Below are positions 36,712-49,100 of a stretch of 64,000 nucleotides of DNA, piece by piece. Made by a program: the position numbers and the translations under genes. The notes below the pieces were generated by a model that was not told the origin of the DNA, did not search any database, and saw nothing but the letters and a program-made list of their open reading frames with translations. The DNA is taken from assembly GCA_965112155.1 (NCBI GenBank), contig OZ218101.1; one strand, given 5' to 3'. The stretch's first letter is position 1. The number at the start of each line of letters is the position of its first letter. This DNA comes from Podarcis liolepis (taxonomy: Eukaryota).

Positions 36712-37144
36712 TCATAGAATCATAGAATGGTAGGGTTGGAAGAGACCCTGAGAGTCCTCTAGTCCAACCCCTGCAATGCAGGGATCTCAGATGAAGTATC
36801 CATGACAGACAGCCATCCAACCTCTGCTTGAAAACCTCCAAGGAAGGAGAGTCCACAACTTCTGGAGGGAAACCATTCCACTGTCAAAAGGCTTTTACTG
36901 CCATAAAGTTATTTCTGATGTTTAGTCGGAATCACCTTTCTTATAACTTGAAGCCATTAGTTCAGGTCCTACCCTCCAGTGCAAGAGAAAACAAGCTTGC
37001 TCCTTCCTCCATGTGACAGCCCTTAAGATATTTGAAGATGGCTATCATATCTCCTCTCAGTCTCCTCTTTTCCAGGCTAAACATACCCAGCTCCTTCAAA
37101 CATTCCTCACAAGGCTTGGTTTCCAGACCCTTGATCATCTTTGT
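36712..37144 (-). mobile_element. CR1 LINE 3' end (young)
   Basis: Reverse complement of the (ATTCTATG)n tail (tcatagaatcatagaat). The minus strand encodes MDSPSLEVFKQRLD. Confidence 0.93.
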
Positions 37145-37506
37145 TTTGATGAGGTGTAAGTCCCATTGGTTTTGATGTTTACTCCTGTGCAGGTGTGTGT
37201 AAAAGTAAAGCCTTCATTTTTTTAACCTCAAGTAAAAGGTGGAGCAGGCACCAGAATTATATGCCTCCAGACAACCTGTTTATTGAGCATCCATCTTAAT
37301 TTGTTTGCAGGGAGATTAAAGGACATTGGCTTTTTAATGAGCATTCATTCTGATTTGTTTTCAGAGAGGTGACATGTCAAAGGTAGGGCTATCACATACT
37401 TTCCAGTGCATTTCCCTGGCATGTTCCCTGTTGCTGAAAGTCTGATCTTTGGGGAAGTGCAAGACATCCCAGTCAACTATAATTGCACAACTTAAATTTT
37501 CTAGTA

Positions 37507-37753
37507 CAGTAGTACCTCTAATTACGAACTTAATTCATTCTGGAGGTCCGTTCTTAACCTGAAACTATTATTAACTAGAGTTGTGCTTTCGCTAATGGGG
37601 CCTCTTGCTGCTGCTGCTGCTGCGCCGCCGGCACACGATTTCCATTCTCATCCTGGGGCAAAGTTCTCAACTTGAGGTAACTCTTCCAGGTTAGCAGAGT
37701 TTGTAACCTGAAGCGTTTGTAACCTGAGGCGTTTGTAACTCGAGGTACCACTG
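37507..37753. mobile_element. Tc1/mariner MITE, family A, copy 2 (inverted relative to 915-1156)
   Basis: CAGTAGTACCTC...GAGGTACCACTG with TA TSDs. The interior is the reverse complement of copy 1. Confidence 0.9.
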
Positions 37754-39329
37754 TATGCTAATGAAAATAGCAAGGAAGCACAGCTAGTCTATTTATCTAT
37801 TTATTGCATTGTCTACAAATACATCTATGCCCTAAGTGGTTTTTCAGGAGCACAGTGGGGCAACGCTGTGCCCCCACCCTCGCAACAGCAGTTACTGGGG
37901 TAGTGCAGAGGAAGGGCAGCAATGAGGTAGGGCTGTGTGGAACGACATTTTAAATGTCCTTAAATGCATTTTACTTTAATGACATCAGTATTTTCTTAAA
38001 ATACCATACATGTGCTTGGCGGTAAGGGGTTCAATACTGGACTGGAAGAAGGGAGTCAGGGAATGCTAACAGTCCATGAGGTTATACAATACAGTCCATG
38101 AGGTTACACAATACTTCCCATTAATACCCACAGTGTAGCAAGTCAGACCATTACTGGAAATTTGAATCCTGGCAAGGAAGACATTCTGTCCACTCACAGA
38201 TCCTGCACAAGCTTTTAGTACTTACCTTCAAAACCCACCAGGGCCTTGGACTAAGGACAAGCAAATCAATATTTTTGGTATATGTCACCTTCATATTTGT
38301 TTACTTCTGGTCTATAACATTTGCATGTTAATATGTGCATTAGAATCTTCATGAAAGTTCACTTTTGAAATGCATTTTATCTCCATATACACATAATATG
38401 TGCAAAATTGAGTGGACAACTGTCTCCATCCCCATATTAATTCAGCAAGGACAGGTCAGCCAAGTGCTTAGCAGAATTCTATTAGCTGCAACAGGAGTTC
38501 TCCTCCATCACCACCACCAGTCTAATTGTGGTGCAGGAGTCACAGTGCATGCGATGGGGAGGATGCGCTGCAAACCCTGCCCCACCAAAATAAAAGCCCC
38601 CTTCACAATAATTAGACTTGAAAAAACATTGCCTATGATCCGATAGAGGGTTTTCCCCCAGCCCCATTTCTGTGAGGGGTGTGGATGAGATGCTGCAGGT
38701 TGGATGGGGAGGCCACAGTGCCTTCATCCAGCCCATGGGGTAGTAGTTCCCCATCCCTCCCATGGCCCCAACTACCCTTTAACCCAACTAAGTTGTTTGC
38801 CCTATGTTGAATTACAGATTACAAATCCCTTGCAATAGGGGGCATCTTGAACCTTTCTGGAAAGCTGCATGTACACAGATTGTAGCAGTAGCAGTAGCTG
38901 CGCATCAAAGCATGTACCAGCCATACCTAATGAATTGCACCTGCACAGAGGGAGGGAGGGAGGGAGGGAGGAGTTTGGGGGCCCTATTGAGTCTTATGCT
39001 GATCTTCTCCCTCTGCAGACGGATGCAGCTACATGAGAATTATGCCATAAATGGTTTTGCCTAATTTGTCTGGTTTATTTAAGCCGCATAATTTCTGTCA
39101 GATGTACATGAAAGTTTTTAGTGCTCATTTTCAGACACTTTTATCTGATTAAAGAAATATTCCTCATAAAATGGAAGGATGCTGAGTAGACAAGATATTG
39201 TACACAGCAGTTTAGGCTTCGGGGGTGAGGGAATAACATTGTAATGTCAAGTGACTAATGCCACAGAGAGTAGGATTTAGCAAACAACACAACAGATTAC
39301 AATTCAGTAAGGCTGCACTGTGTATAAAA

Positions 39330-39790
39330 CCATAAAATATTACACTGAGAAGTATTAACAGGAGTACAGCATGCAAAACAAGCGAGGTAATTATTTTGCT
39401 CTTTTTGACACTGATTAGGCCTCAGCTGGATTACTACATTCATTTGGGGGGGAGCAAAATATGTTTGAGAGGACAGACAAATTGGAGTGAGTTCAGAGGA
39501 CAGCAAGGAAAAAATGATAAAACGTTTGGGAAAATAGGATCTGTGAGGAAAGGGCAAGTGATTTAAACATGTTCCGTCTAGAGACAAGAGGACTGAAAGG
39601 AGACGTGACCCATCTACAAATTCACAGAAGGTTGCCTGAAAGGAGGAGGATAGAGACCAATTATTCTCATTAGTGAATGAGAACAGAACAAAAACTAATA
39701 GGCTTATAGAGCAAAGAAGAATTTCTGAGCGGAAGATGAAGGACAACCGTAAGCCATTAGGAGCAGAACGAACACAGTAGCCAGAGTCTT
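39330..39790 (+). mobile_element. Ancient CR1 (L3-like) fragment
   Basis: gattaggcctcagctggattact, gacaaattggagtgagttcagagga.agcaagg..aatgat, tctagagacaagaggactgaaaggagac. Confidence 0.65.
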
Positions 39791-40448
39791 CCTATACATG
39801 AATCTGGCTGGCTCAAAAGCATGCTAGGGCCATATTGTGCATTACACAGCAAAAACTGGGTTTGTTACCTTGTGTATATTTGATCACAGCCCATCCTAGC
39901 TCTTTTAGCCCTCTGCTGGCAAACAGGTCAAATTCATACCATACATTTTTAGGTGTGCACCTAAAAACATTACAAGTCTGAAAAGGTCTTTAGGAGGGAC
40001 CAAGAGGAAGGGCTGGCACAAATTGCAACTTTTAGGTTCCACACTTCTTGCAGTAAATCATATCATCATGATATTGCAATGTACACTGAACTCTGCAGTA
40101 CTAGTGGGAAACAAGGGTAGGCCACATCAGATGGCAGTTATTTAGCATCAGAATGACAGACCTTTCACTCCACAGGTGTTCACTGGAGAGTCAGGTATAA
40201 ATATTACCAAAAGGTACATATGGAAGCAAGGAAGACAGGGAGAGCAACCAGACTCAAATGGAAACAGTGTTCTATGTAGCTGTGTGGTTTTTGTGGCAAG
40301 TGACTTGCTGGGTCCCTCACCCAAGAACTTCCTGGAGGAGAAATCACTGGGGAAATCCTCTATGTCAGTGGCTGCATAGAATGGATTATTCATTTATAAT
40401 TAAATTTCTATCCCAGATTCTTCCCAGAGGAGCCCAGAATGGCAAATA

Positions 40449-40674
40449 CAGTGGTACCTCAGGTTACATACGCTTCAGGTTACAGACTCCGCTAACCCAG
40501 AAATAATGCTTCAGGTTAAGAACTTTGCTTCAGGATGAGAACAGAAATTGTGCTCCGGCGGCGTGGCAGCAGCAGGAGGCCCCATTAGCTAAAGTGGTCC
40601 TTCAGGTTAAGAACAGTTTCAGGTTACGTACGGACCTCCGGAACGAATTAAGTACTTAACCTGAGGTACCACTG
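40449..40674. mobile_element. Tc1/mariner MITE, family A, copy 3
   Basis: CAGTGGTACCTCAGGTTA...TAACCTGAGGTACCACTG, TA TSDs (40447-40448, 40675-40676). Confidence 0.92.
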
Positions 40675-41884
40675 TACATCGGAGCAATAAAAAATATAAC
40701 AACATCATAGCCAAAAACATCTAAAAGCATCTAAGTGAAGAGAAGCTGTGACTGTGAGCTGTGTCCCACCATTGCTATAACAAAATCTCTTCATGCAGGA
40801 TTTATAAATCAGTGAATCCATACAATCTTGTAGGGAATCTTCCAGCTGTGAACACTTTCATGGTGCTAACGCAGTTATTTTGAATCTTCAGTTCAAAACA
40901 AAAAATATGGAAACTACCCCCCAACCCCCCTTAAAGGATACGCAGAAGGACATGACAGTAGTTCCTATGGTAATAAAACAACTAATGTTATTTTAGTACT
41001 CAAGAGTCACTGGATGACATGGGGGGAAATAGGATGCCACATGAAGTATTTCCTGGCATTATTCATTGCAGAATACATGTTCATCTGGAACTGTAGTTAA
41101 AGCTTTCATAGGTTCATGGGTTTTATTTGCATTTCCCCCCTTCTCTTTAAGCTTTACTGCTTCGCTGACGGCAGTAATAGAAGGGAAGGCGTATTTGTCT
41201 TTCCCAACTGTCACTGATGACACAAGATAAGCAAAATGGATGTGGGTGTTTCTGTTTTGTTTCTTGCTAATGAGGCTTTTCAAGTATTTTTGTAATGAAA
41301 TGAATTTGACATTCAAAGTGTTTATATCCATTTCCCTCAGCAGGGTTGCTTTGCGGGAAGAAAATATCTACAAAGTTTATGCAAAAAAGAAAAAGGAGGA
41401 AGGGGGGGGGGAAAGACAACATATATCTGACAAAGGCAGACAAAGGCCAGCTATAGAATTTGAACCATTAATTACCACCCCCTGCATTAATTTTATATAC
41501 CAGTAACTGTTGAGTCAACAGAGGCTTCAGCTGGGAACCTCGAAGTCTGTGGTTGGGGCCTGACCTCACACACAAAGTTCAGAGTGCCTTTCATGTAGCT
41601 AAAGCAGCAGGGATGGGCATCTTCAGCCCCAGTGGTGGCCAAGAAGTATGAAGGCTCTGACTTTGCAAGATCCAATATTAAATCAGTCCTATATGTGTGG
41701 GAAGTTCCTAGTTTGGGCATGAAGGGGGGGGCTGAGGGGGGGGGAGTTTCCAGAAGGATGCAGGAACACTAGAAGCACAAAGGCATATACCCCATGTGAA
41801 GGCCTGGAATATATTATATTTAATAAATGGATGGGCAGGGAGCACTAGGAGCCTAGTATTTAGCACTTGTCTAATGAAGCAGAG

Positions 41885-42242
41885 GGGACGCAGGTGGCGC
41901 TGTGGGTAAAAGCCTCAGCGCCTAGGGCTTGCCGATCGAAAGGTCGGCAGTTCAAATCCCCGCGGTGGGGTGAGCTCCCGTCGTTCGGTCCCAGCACCTG
42001 CCAACCTAGCAGTTTGAAAGCACTCCCAGGTGCAAGTAGATAAATAGGGACCGCTTACTAGCAGGAAGGTAAATGGTGTTTCCGTGTGTGGCTCTGGCTC
42101 ACCAGAGCAGCGATGTCACGCTGGCCACATGAACCGGAAGTGTCTCCGGACAGCGCTGGCCCCCAGCCTCTTGAGTGAGATGGGCGCACAACCCCAGAGT
42201 CTGTCAAGGCTGGCCTGTACGGACAGGGGTACCTTTACCTTT
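41885..42242 (+). mobile_element. Full-length Sauria SINE (Squam1)
   Basis: GGGACGCAGGTGGCGCTGTGGG A-box head, gttcaaatccc B-box, (ACCTTT)n tail. 12-bp TSD taatgaagcaga (41872-41883) / taatgaggcaga (42243-42254) with 1 mismatch. Confidence 0.93.
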
Positions 42243-42294
42243 TAATGAGGCAGAAGATTCCATGAGCAACAGCACCCAGATTCCACAGCTCAAA

Positions 42295-42547
42295 CACCAG
42301 TGTGGTGTAGTGGTTAGGAGCGGTAGTCACGTAATCTGGGAAACCGGGTTCGTGTCTCCGCTCCTCCACATGCAGCTGCTGGGTGACCTTGGGCCAGTCA
42401 CACTTCTGTGAAGTCTCTCAGCCCCACTCACCTCACAGAGTGTTTGTTGTGGGGGAGGAAGGGAAAGGAGAATGTTAGCCGCTTTGAGACTCCTGAAGGG
42501 GAGTGAAAGGCGGGATATCAAATCCAAACTCTTCTTCTTCTTCTTCT
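42295..42547 (+). mobile_element. tRNA-derived SINE with (CTT)n tail (Squam3-like)
   Basis: Head cagtgtggtgtagtggttagga, B-box-like gggttcgtgtctcc, CORE-like gctgggtgaccttgggccagtcac, tail ctcttcttcttcttcttct. Confidence 0.85.
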
Positions 42548-42608
42548 AAATCGGTGGGTCTGCATTGGGGCCCCAGCCCGGCTTCAGCTGCTGCCGCAGC
42601 CTGACTAC

Positions 42609-42819
42609 GGCCTTATCCACACTTAGTTTTTGTCTCACGCTTTCCAGGCTTTTAAACCTCCAGGCCCAAGCACACTTTGGTTTTGCCTCAGAACTTTTCC
42701 CGTAAAATCCCGCTCCTTAATGCTGAAGCACAACAAATGACAATTCAGGTTTTCTGCATATTGTCATTTGCTCTGATTCCAGAGTGATTTAAAGAGTGGG
42801 CTTTCATGGGGAAAGTGTC

Positions 42820-42865
<46 letters not shown>

Positions 42866-42944
42866 ACGCACTTGGACACGGAGCTTTAAAGCATGGAGGA
42901 TGCCTGGAAAGTAGAGGGAAGATACCGTAAGTGCGGATAAGTCC
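42609..42944. mobile_element. Palindromic Harbinger-type MITE containing a (GA)n microsatellite at 42822-42862
   Basis: TIRs ggccttatccacactta / taagtgcggataagtcc and internal dyad acaaatgacaat...attgtcatttgc. Confidence 0.65.
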
Positions 42945-45257
42945 GCACACATACAGAATTTTACCTGTGAGTCCTGCAAGATCTGCCTCCTGCTTTGCTG
43001 ATTTAACTCTAGAAAGGCAGGAGGCCAAATTGATGATGCCAATGGTAAGGATGTAAAAAGAACCAAAGACCGGTTTAATTCATCATCCTGTGTATGGCCA
43101 GATACACATGGAAAATTCACCAAAATCTTCACTCCCATTTCATCATTTGTGAATGCAATTATGATGGTTTTGAATAACCCTAAAGTTTTCTGGAGAAACG
43201 GACTCTCCCTTCCAGTTTCATTTCCACCTCACTTTTTAGAGCTTTCCTCTTTTGAAGTCAAATGTGACTGTGATGGACTTCCTGGGCCACTTGCAAGTAT
43301 GCTGAATATGATAACACTAAATTTGAATTCAAGATCCATTCCAGACAATGAATGAGAAACATTATGCTTTAAAAAAGAAAAAGCCTCATAATACTCTCTC
43401 AAGGTAACTTTACCGTAGTTGAATTGCTAAAGGAATTATTAGATAGACATCTTTTGATAAAGCAATTCTCAGCAGATTTTAATTTCCTTGGGGGAGGGGA
43501 GGGGAGGAGAAATCTAACTCTCAAAGCTTTTTGTGTCTCTGTAACTGACACTCCAGATGCAAAAGATAAGGAAAAGGCATTATTTTCAGGAACATATTGG
43601 CTCACTTTTGCCTTTATGTTTTTCATTTATGAGGACGAAGAGCTAAGCAAGCTCTCAAGCAAAAAGCAGTGTGGTTTTGTGATTAGAACAAAGTGGGGGC
43701 CAGAGAGAGAGAACCAAAAATAAAGGATGACTTTTAATGTTTTTTCTGGATCTGCTGTGTGACTGTAGAGTTGTTCTACTCTTCTGAGCTTTTCCAAATG
43801 CAAAATGGGATGAGACATAAGCCTTTATTCCTACTGTTTTGAAATTCGTGTTGATAGCAAATCCAACACAAAGAGAAGTCTACATTTATTTCAGCCATGC
43901 TGTTGTGGCCAGGAAAACCTTCATTTTAAAGTAGCTCCTCATATACTCTCTCAGTGCAACACACACGGTTCAAACATCCTTCCTCTTGTCCCACAACTTC
44001 TCCCCAGGAAAACCTGCTCTTTACTGCTGAATGCCAGTCAGGTTTTTTTCTGGATTGACATTTACCCCAATTTAGTGCTAAAGAGTGCATTTTCCAGGAT
44101 AAAGTGGTGGGGCAAAGGCAAAACCAACTGGACCCATGCCAAGCAAGGGAGAAATCACTCTGACCTGTGGCTTCTAGACTCAGGGCAAGCGGAACAGTGG
44201 ATGAGCCCCTGTCCTGGTTCACCTCCAAACAGCAGATACAGAATGCAGCGAGCCATGTTTCACACAGTGGTAAATTAATCAATGCAGTCTTCTTTATGAA
44301 CAGAATAATACTTTTACTTGAAGAAAATAAACTTGTTCATAAACAGCATAGTTAAAGAGCATGCACAGAGTGCTCATAGCAGCTATCTTAGTCTTCAGAG
44401 AGGCACAGATCTTAGTTTCTGAATAACTGGAGCCTGGAGCCACTCTGCCTGCAACTCACATACGTACTGAGCTGAGACTGACTCAGACTCGGAAGTTACA
44501 TTTACAGGGAACCCAAGACGAGTCACAGTGACCTGGCAGTTTACTGCTAACAGTTACTGCTAGCAGGCTTGAAATGATTGTGTAGGACCAGACAGCCCTT
44601 CAAACAGGGTTCTTCTCTGTAAAGAAGGAAGACAAGCCCCCTAGGCCCACCCCAAACATTAAGGTGCAGCTGTTTCTAAGCAGGAGCATTAAGTCAAAGT
44701 GCATTATTTGCCCAAGAGGTGAAGAAATCAATAGTAAAATTCAGAGTGACTTTATAAAAGTAAGGATGTACCTCTTAAGTTACCAATTACAAGAAGTTTT
44801 ACTTTTTTGACAGCCACAAATCATTAATGGAAACATTTAGGGGTCAAAATGATTCACTACAAGCTATGTCTTTAAAAGGGTTTTTTTATGAATTTATGCT
44901 ATTATCACACATTTAAAAGATAAAACCAAAACCATTACTGTTTTGGTTAGTTGGAGGCAGAGTGAGAAAAAGAGTCAAAGTGAGTTTTGCACTTGATGGA
45001 GAAAATTGTTATTGTTATGTATTGAAGTTCTCACCCTGGCCACCAGGAGTGTTGTGTATGTAGTTTTCACTCAGGTCCACATCAGTTATTTTAGGCGGGA
45101 AACCCTGGGTTGTTGTTGCTACATTGTTGACAGCCAGCTGCCTATAAAAGCAGGCCGGCTGAGCTGTTTGCTGTTCAGTTCTGCTCCAGCTTACAAATAA
45201 AGAGCTGCTTTGGAGATATCGCTGCGTCGTCTGCTATGTCTACCCACTATTTAACAC

Positions 45258-45275
45258 TGGCGACGAAGGTGGGAT
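45258..45275 (+). other. Primer-binding site, probably tRNA-Ser(GCU)
   Basis: Starts 2 nt after the LTR end. It is the reverse complement of ...AUCCCACCUUCGUCGCCA, the 3' end pattern I recall for vertebrate tRNA-Ser(GCU). Confidence 0.75.
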
Positions 45276-45437
45276 CAATGGACATCAGAGCACAGCCAGA
45301 CGCGGCCACCCTCTGAGCTGAGCTGAATCATGGAGCTGAAACACTGAGCGAAATCACAGAACGGAACCAATTCAGAGCTGACTGTTCTGGCTAGAGCACT
45401 GTGTTCCATCCACTGCCTCCACATCGGCATCGGAACC

Positions 45438-46100
45438 ATGGCTTCACTCGTGCCTCTACCGCCGTTTGCCCCAGCCTCTGAATCATGGGACTCCTACCTC
45501 GCTCGGTTCGACTGCTACCTCCAAGCAAATGAGCTGACAAGTGGGTCTGAAGAGCAGAAGCGGGGCCTCTTCCTCAGCCTTTGTGGACCTGAGGTGTTCA
45601 AGACGGCCCGAGCATTGGTTGCGCCTTTAGCAGTCCAGGCAGCACCGTGGGACACGATTCAAGAGAAGCTCTGCAACCACTACGCGCCAAAGCCATCCAA
45701 GATTGCTGCCCGCCATGCATTCTACCACCGGAACCAGGCAGAGGGGGAGTCAATCAAGAACTACACCACCGCCCTCCGACAGGATGCAATGCACTGCGAG
45801 TTCCGAGACTTAGACGATGCCCTGATGGATCAAATCGCCTGCAGGGTCCAGGACATCCGTCTGCAACAGCGTCTCCTCGCCAAGCCAGACCTCACACTGC
45901 AGAAAGCCATTGAGGAGGCTGTGGCCTCAGAAGCTGCTGAACGCTCTGCCCAGGAGATCCGCAAGGTCAGCAGCCTGCGTCACATTACCACCGTGCCTGA
46001 CCGTCCACCAAGTCCACTCACGGCAGTTCCTTCGACAGCAGCGGAGCCAGGGAACTCGGGCTCAATGCCACATTTGGTTGCACCACAGTCGCAGCCATAA
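45438..46100 (+). CDS. Gypsy Gag N-terminal/capsid ORF (220 aa) fused to a Pro/Ser-rich pol tail
   Basis: FAPASESWDSYLARFDCYLQAN...FLSLCGPE...RHAFYHRNQAEGESI..Y...LR..A.HCEF...LDDAL.DQ...IQQRLLAKPDLTLQKA is the classical K02A2.6-like Gag. Downstream, after a stop, SRVSKCPAYLKDYV matches the integrase C-terminal end. Confidence 0.8.
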   Translation: MASLVPLPPFAPASESWDSYLARFDCYLQANELTSGSEEQKRGLFLSLCGPEVFKTARALVAPLAVQAAPWDTIQEKLCNHYAPKPSKIAARHAFYHRNQAEGESIKNYTTALRQDAMHCEFRDLDDALMDQIACRVQDIRLQQRLLAKPDLTLQKAIEEAVASEAAERSAQEIRKVSSLRHITTVPDRPPSPLTAVPSTAAEPGNSGSMPHLVAPQSQP

Positions 46101-49100
46101 TCGGAAGGCCACCCGGACTCTGGTACTGGCCCTCGGCAATGCAGCAGGGTTTCCAAGTGCCCAGCATATTTAAAAGACTATGTTCACTGGACAAACTGCA
46201 CATGTAAAGCTGTATGGTGAATAGGGTCAATTAATATGCTTATGTTCCTTACTGAAACCAATAAGGGTATTGCTGTATGTAATGGAACCACTATGATTGT
46301 AACTAATGCCCTATCTCGGTGGGGAAAAGTGTTATGTATTGAAGTTCTCACCCTGGCCACCAGGAGTATCATGTATATAGTTTTCACTCAGGTCCACATC
46401 AGTTACTTTAGGTGGGAAACCCTGGGCTGTTGTTGCTACAATATTGACAGCCGGCTGCCTATAAAAGCAGGCCAGCTGAGCTGTTTGCTGTACAGTTCTG
46501 TTCCAGCTTACAAATAAAGAGCTGCTTTGGAGAAATCGCTGCGTCGTCTGCTATGTCTACCCACTATCCTGGCTCCCAGAAATAGCCTGTAAGATACTTG
46601 GCTGGCTTAAATGGTGAAACTGTCTGTTAACTTCTTTTCTGTCTGTTCGACCTGTGTATATGTCAACAAACTGCTAATTTCAACAGACATTAAAGCCTCC
46701 AGAACCCTTTCCTAAAAAGGGAACAGATTCTGTCAAATGTCACTCCTAGAATATCTTACCATTCACAGTAGGGAGATGCAGGAGAGCCATGAAAAGGTCT
46801 GCGTCGTATCCTTCCCTATGGAGCCAGGGTAGCCTTATCACCAGGAGCCATTAGTAGGATTAAAATGCCCAGGTAGTTCTACAGCATCTGAAGGGTACCA
46901 CATTGGTTTCCCCTGGCCCCTACCTAGAACACAGCTGCAGCCTTGGGAAAGAAACCTAGAGGGAGAATGGACTTTTGTCTACAGCGACGTGAGTGGTTTT
47001 TGTAAGTTGTCTTGTAAGGAGTTCTCCTAAACACTGGGTGAAAATGTTTTAAATAATAATAAGAACTGATTGAGCAAATAAATAAATAAACAACACACAA
47101 TTTGGAGAGTCTTGGCCAGGCAAGAATCATGTAGGAATTTTGAAAGATGTTAAAAGATTAGTGAAATCTCTCAAGGGGGTGTCTCACTGCTAAGCAATTT
47201 TAAGAAATGTAAATCCATCTTGTTTTACTGAGTCTAGTAGGGAGAATATATATTATAAATAAACACCAGCTATTTTTTAAAAAGAAAAAAAACCCACCAA
47301 TGTGACACAAGACATTAGGCAGAGAAAATTGAATGTGGGTGTGGAGACACTGCACACAAACATGCACATGTGTAATTAAACCTTTAAAGTACAGCTGAGT
47401 GATTTTCTTACCCCAGTCCAAGATTTATTAATACACATGTCAATGTCAAATCTAATAAAGGCACTGTGTTAATTGTAATTGTAGAGCCAGCTGCTAACAC
47501 CTGTCAAGGTATTTCTGGCGCAGAATATGCTCATTGTGTGTGAGCCTGGTGACAGCCCTGAGTACAAACAAGGCAGTCTTTTATTTCCACACTCTGTATT
47601 TCAAAAGTTGGTTTAAGTGTCAGATGAGTTGCTTGCTTTGCATCACTAAAACCATGAGATGTGACGCTGTTCTGTGCAAACAGAAATCCAACACTCAAGA
47701 AAGGCCCAAGAGTAAAATAGCATGAGATTTTCTAATAAGCACTAGGTAGAGTTGCCCATGGAATTTGCCTAAAGCAAACTCCGAGGTCAACTTGAAGAGT
47801 CCTGCTGTGGCAAAAAAAATTATTATTAAGGACCTAATGTAACGAAGTGCTGTACAACAGCAGATGCCCACAGGCTTACAGTCAAGAATAGAAGCCATCA
47901 TCTTTTATTCAGAAAATGCTTAAAGTTCAGCACTATACAAAAATACTTAAAACACAGAAACATAAGAGAATGGGAAGCTCGATTCCTGACCTTTGTATCA
48001 GTAACTACAGCAGCCATGTGGGATACCTTGGCTCAAGAACTGATGGATGGCTGTGTTTGGGTTGCTGCTTTTAATGTAGTCCATCACTGGGTTCTGTGGT
48101 TGAGTGGATGGGATTGAAGCCAGCCAATTCAATCTGCTTCCTCCCTCTCTACCAACAAGCAGACCAAACAATGAAACTCTGTGATCCTGTTTTTATTCAC
48201 TAGCCTGTTTCTTGGCATTGGGGAGCCTCCAGACCACGGGCCTAGGCCATTCCCTACAAGCCACACCCACCAGCCCCAAGGCCAACAGCACATCATGTGT
48301 GGAGCAGGTATGGACATGGCGACAGAGGAGCAAGCGGGAACTTAATGTGAGCTCCTGCCTCTTCCTTCACAAGCAGGGCTCCCTTTCACTGACAGGAAGC
48401 CCCAATATGTAGCTGTGGGGGTTCTTTTGCTCCATTTTGAAGACGCTTGCATTCAAATTGCTTCCTAAAATGGAGTGCTCTGAAATGGAGCAAGCTGCTT
48501 TGAAGTTACTCTTCCAGGCAGGGGTGCCAATTTGAATAAAATATGGGAGGGGCAGGTAAGGCCTGACCTGCATAATCAATCACAAGACACAGCACACAAA
48601 CACACCTTTTGAATGGTATTGTTCATCAACTTGGGGGGGGGGGGCAGGATACTGTATTTTCTACAATGTCTGTTGTGGGGTCTTTTAGAACCAGGTGAGG
48701 CAAGCTGATTCAAAACCTGGAATAGGAGACTTTGAAATGTCCCAGCTGTCTTCTGCTAGACTGGGAAATTTTAGAGCTTCAGCAGGAAGCAAGCAGAACT
48801 GGAGCCCAATGCAGTACGCAAAAGATACTGCTTTGCTCAACCCCATTCTAATCACCACACTATCCAGGCACTCATTTCCCCCTAATTTCAGGTAAACTGA
48901 AAATATGCTCCAAATTAGGTACAGATCACAGATACTATTTTCCCAAAGGTATCATCCACCACTCTAATAAAGTAACTTGTAGCAAATTTCTATCTTTTGC
49001 TAATGTAAGGCAGAGCTTTAAACATTCCACTTATGTCTGTGAATATTAATGTTTCCTTAGCAATTAAGGCAATGAGTAGATAGTGATAATGAGGAAATGC

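Larger units (their letters stand above)
45013..46567 (+). mobile_element. Internally deleted Gypsy/Ty3 LTR retrotransposon (K02A2.6/Mag-like)
   Basis: 5' LTR 45013-45256 (TG...CA, TATAAAA, AATAAA). PBS TGGCGACGAAGGTGGGAT (45258-45275). Purine tract ggtggggaaaag before the 3' LTR 46330-46567. I count 14 mismatches in 238 aligned nt between the LTRs. Confidence 0.93.

Noticed and set aside
38069-38112. 22-bp direct tandem duplication
   Set aside because: An ordinary slippage duplication with no functional indication.
41885-42370. tRNA genes suggested by A/B boxes
   Set aside because: These are SINE heads followed by SINE bodies and tails, with no complete cloverleaf.
43013-43355. Open frame of about 110 codons with nearby splice-like sites
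   Set aside because: No recognisable domain or codon bias.
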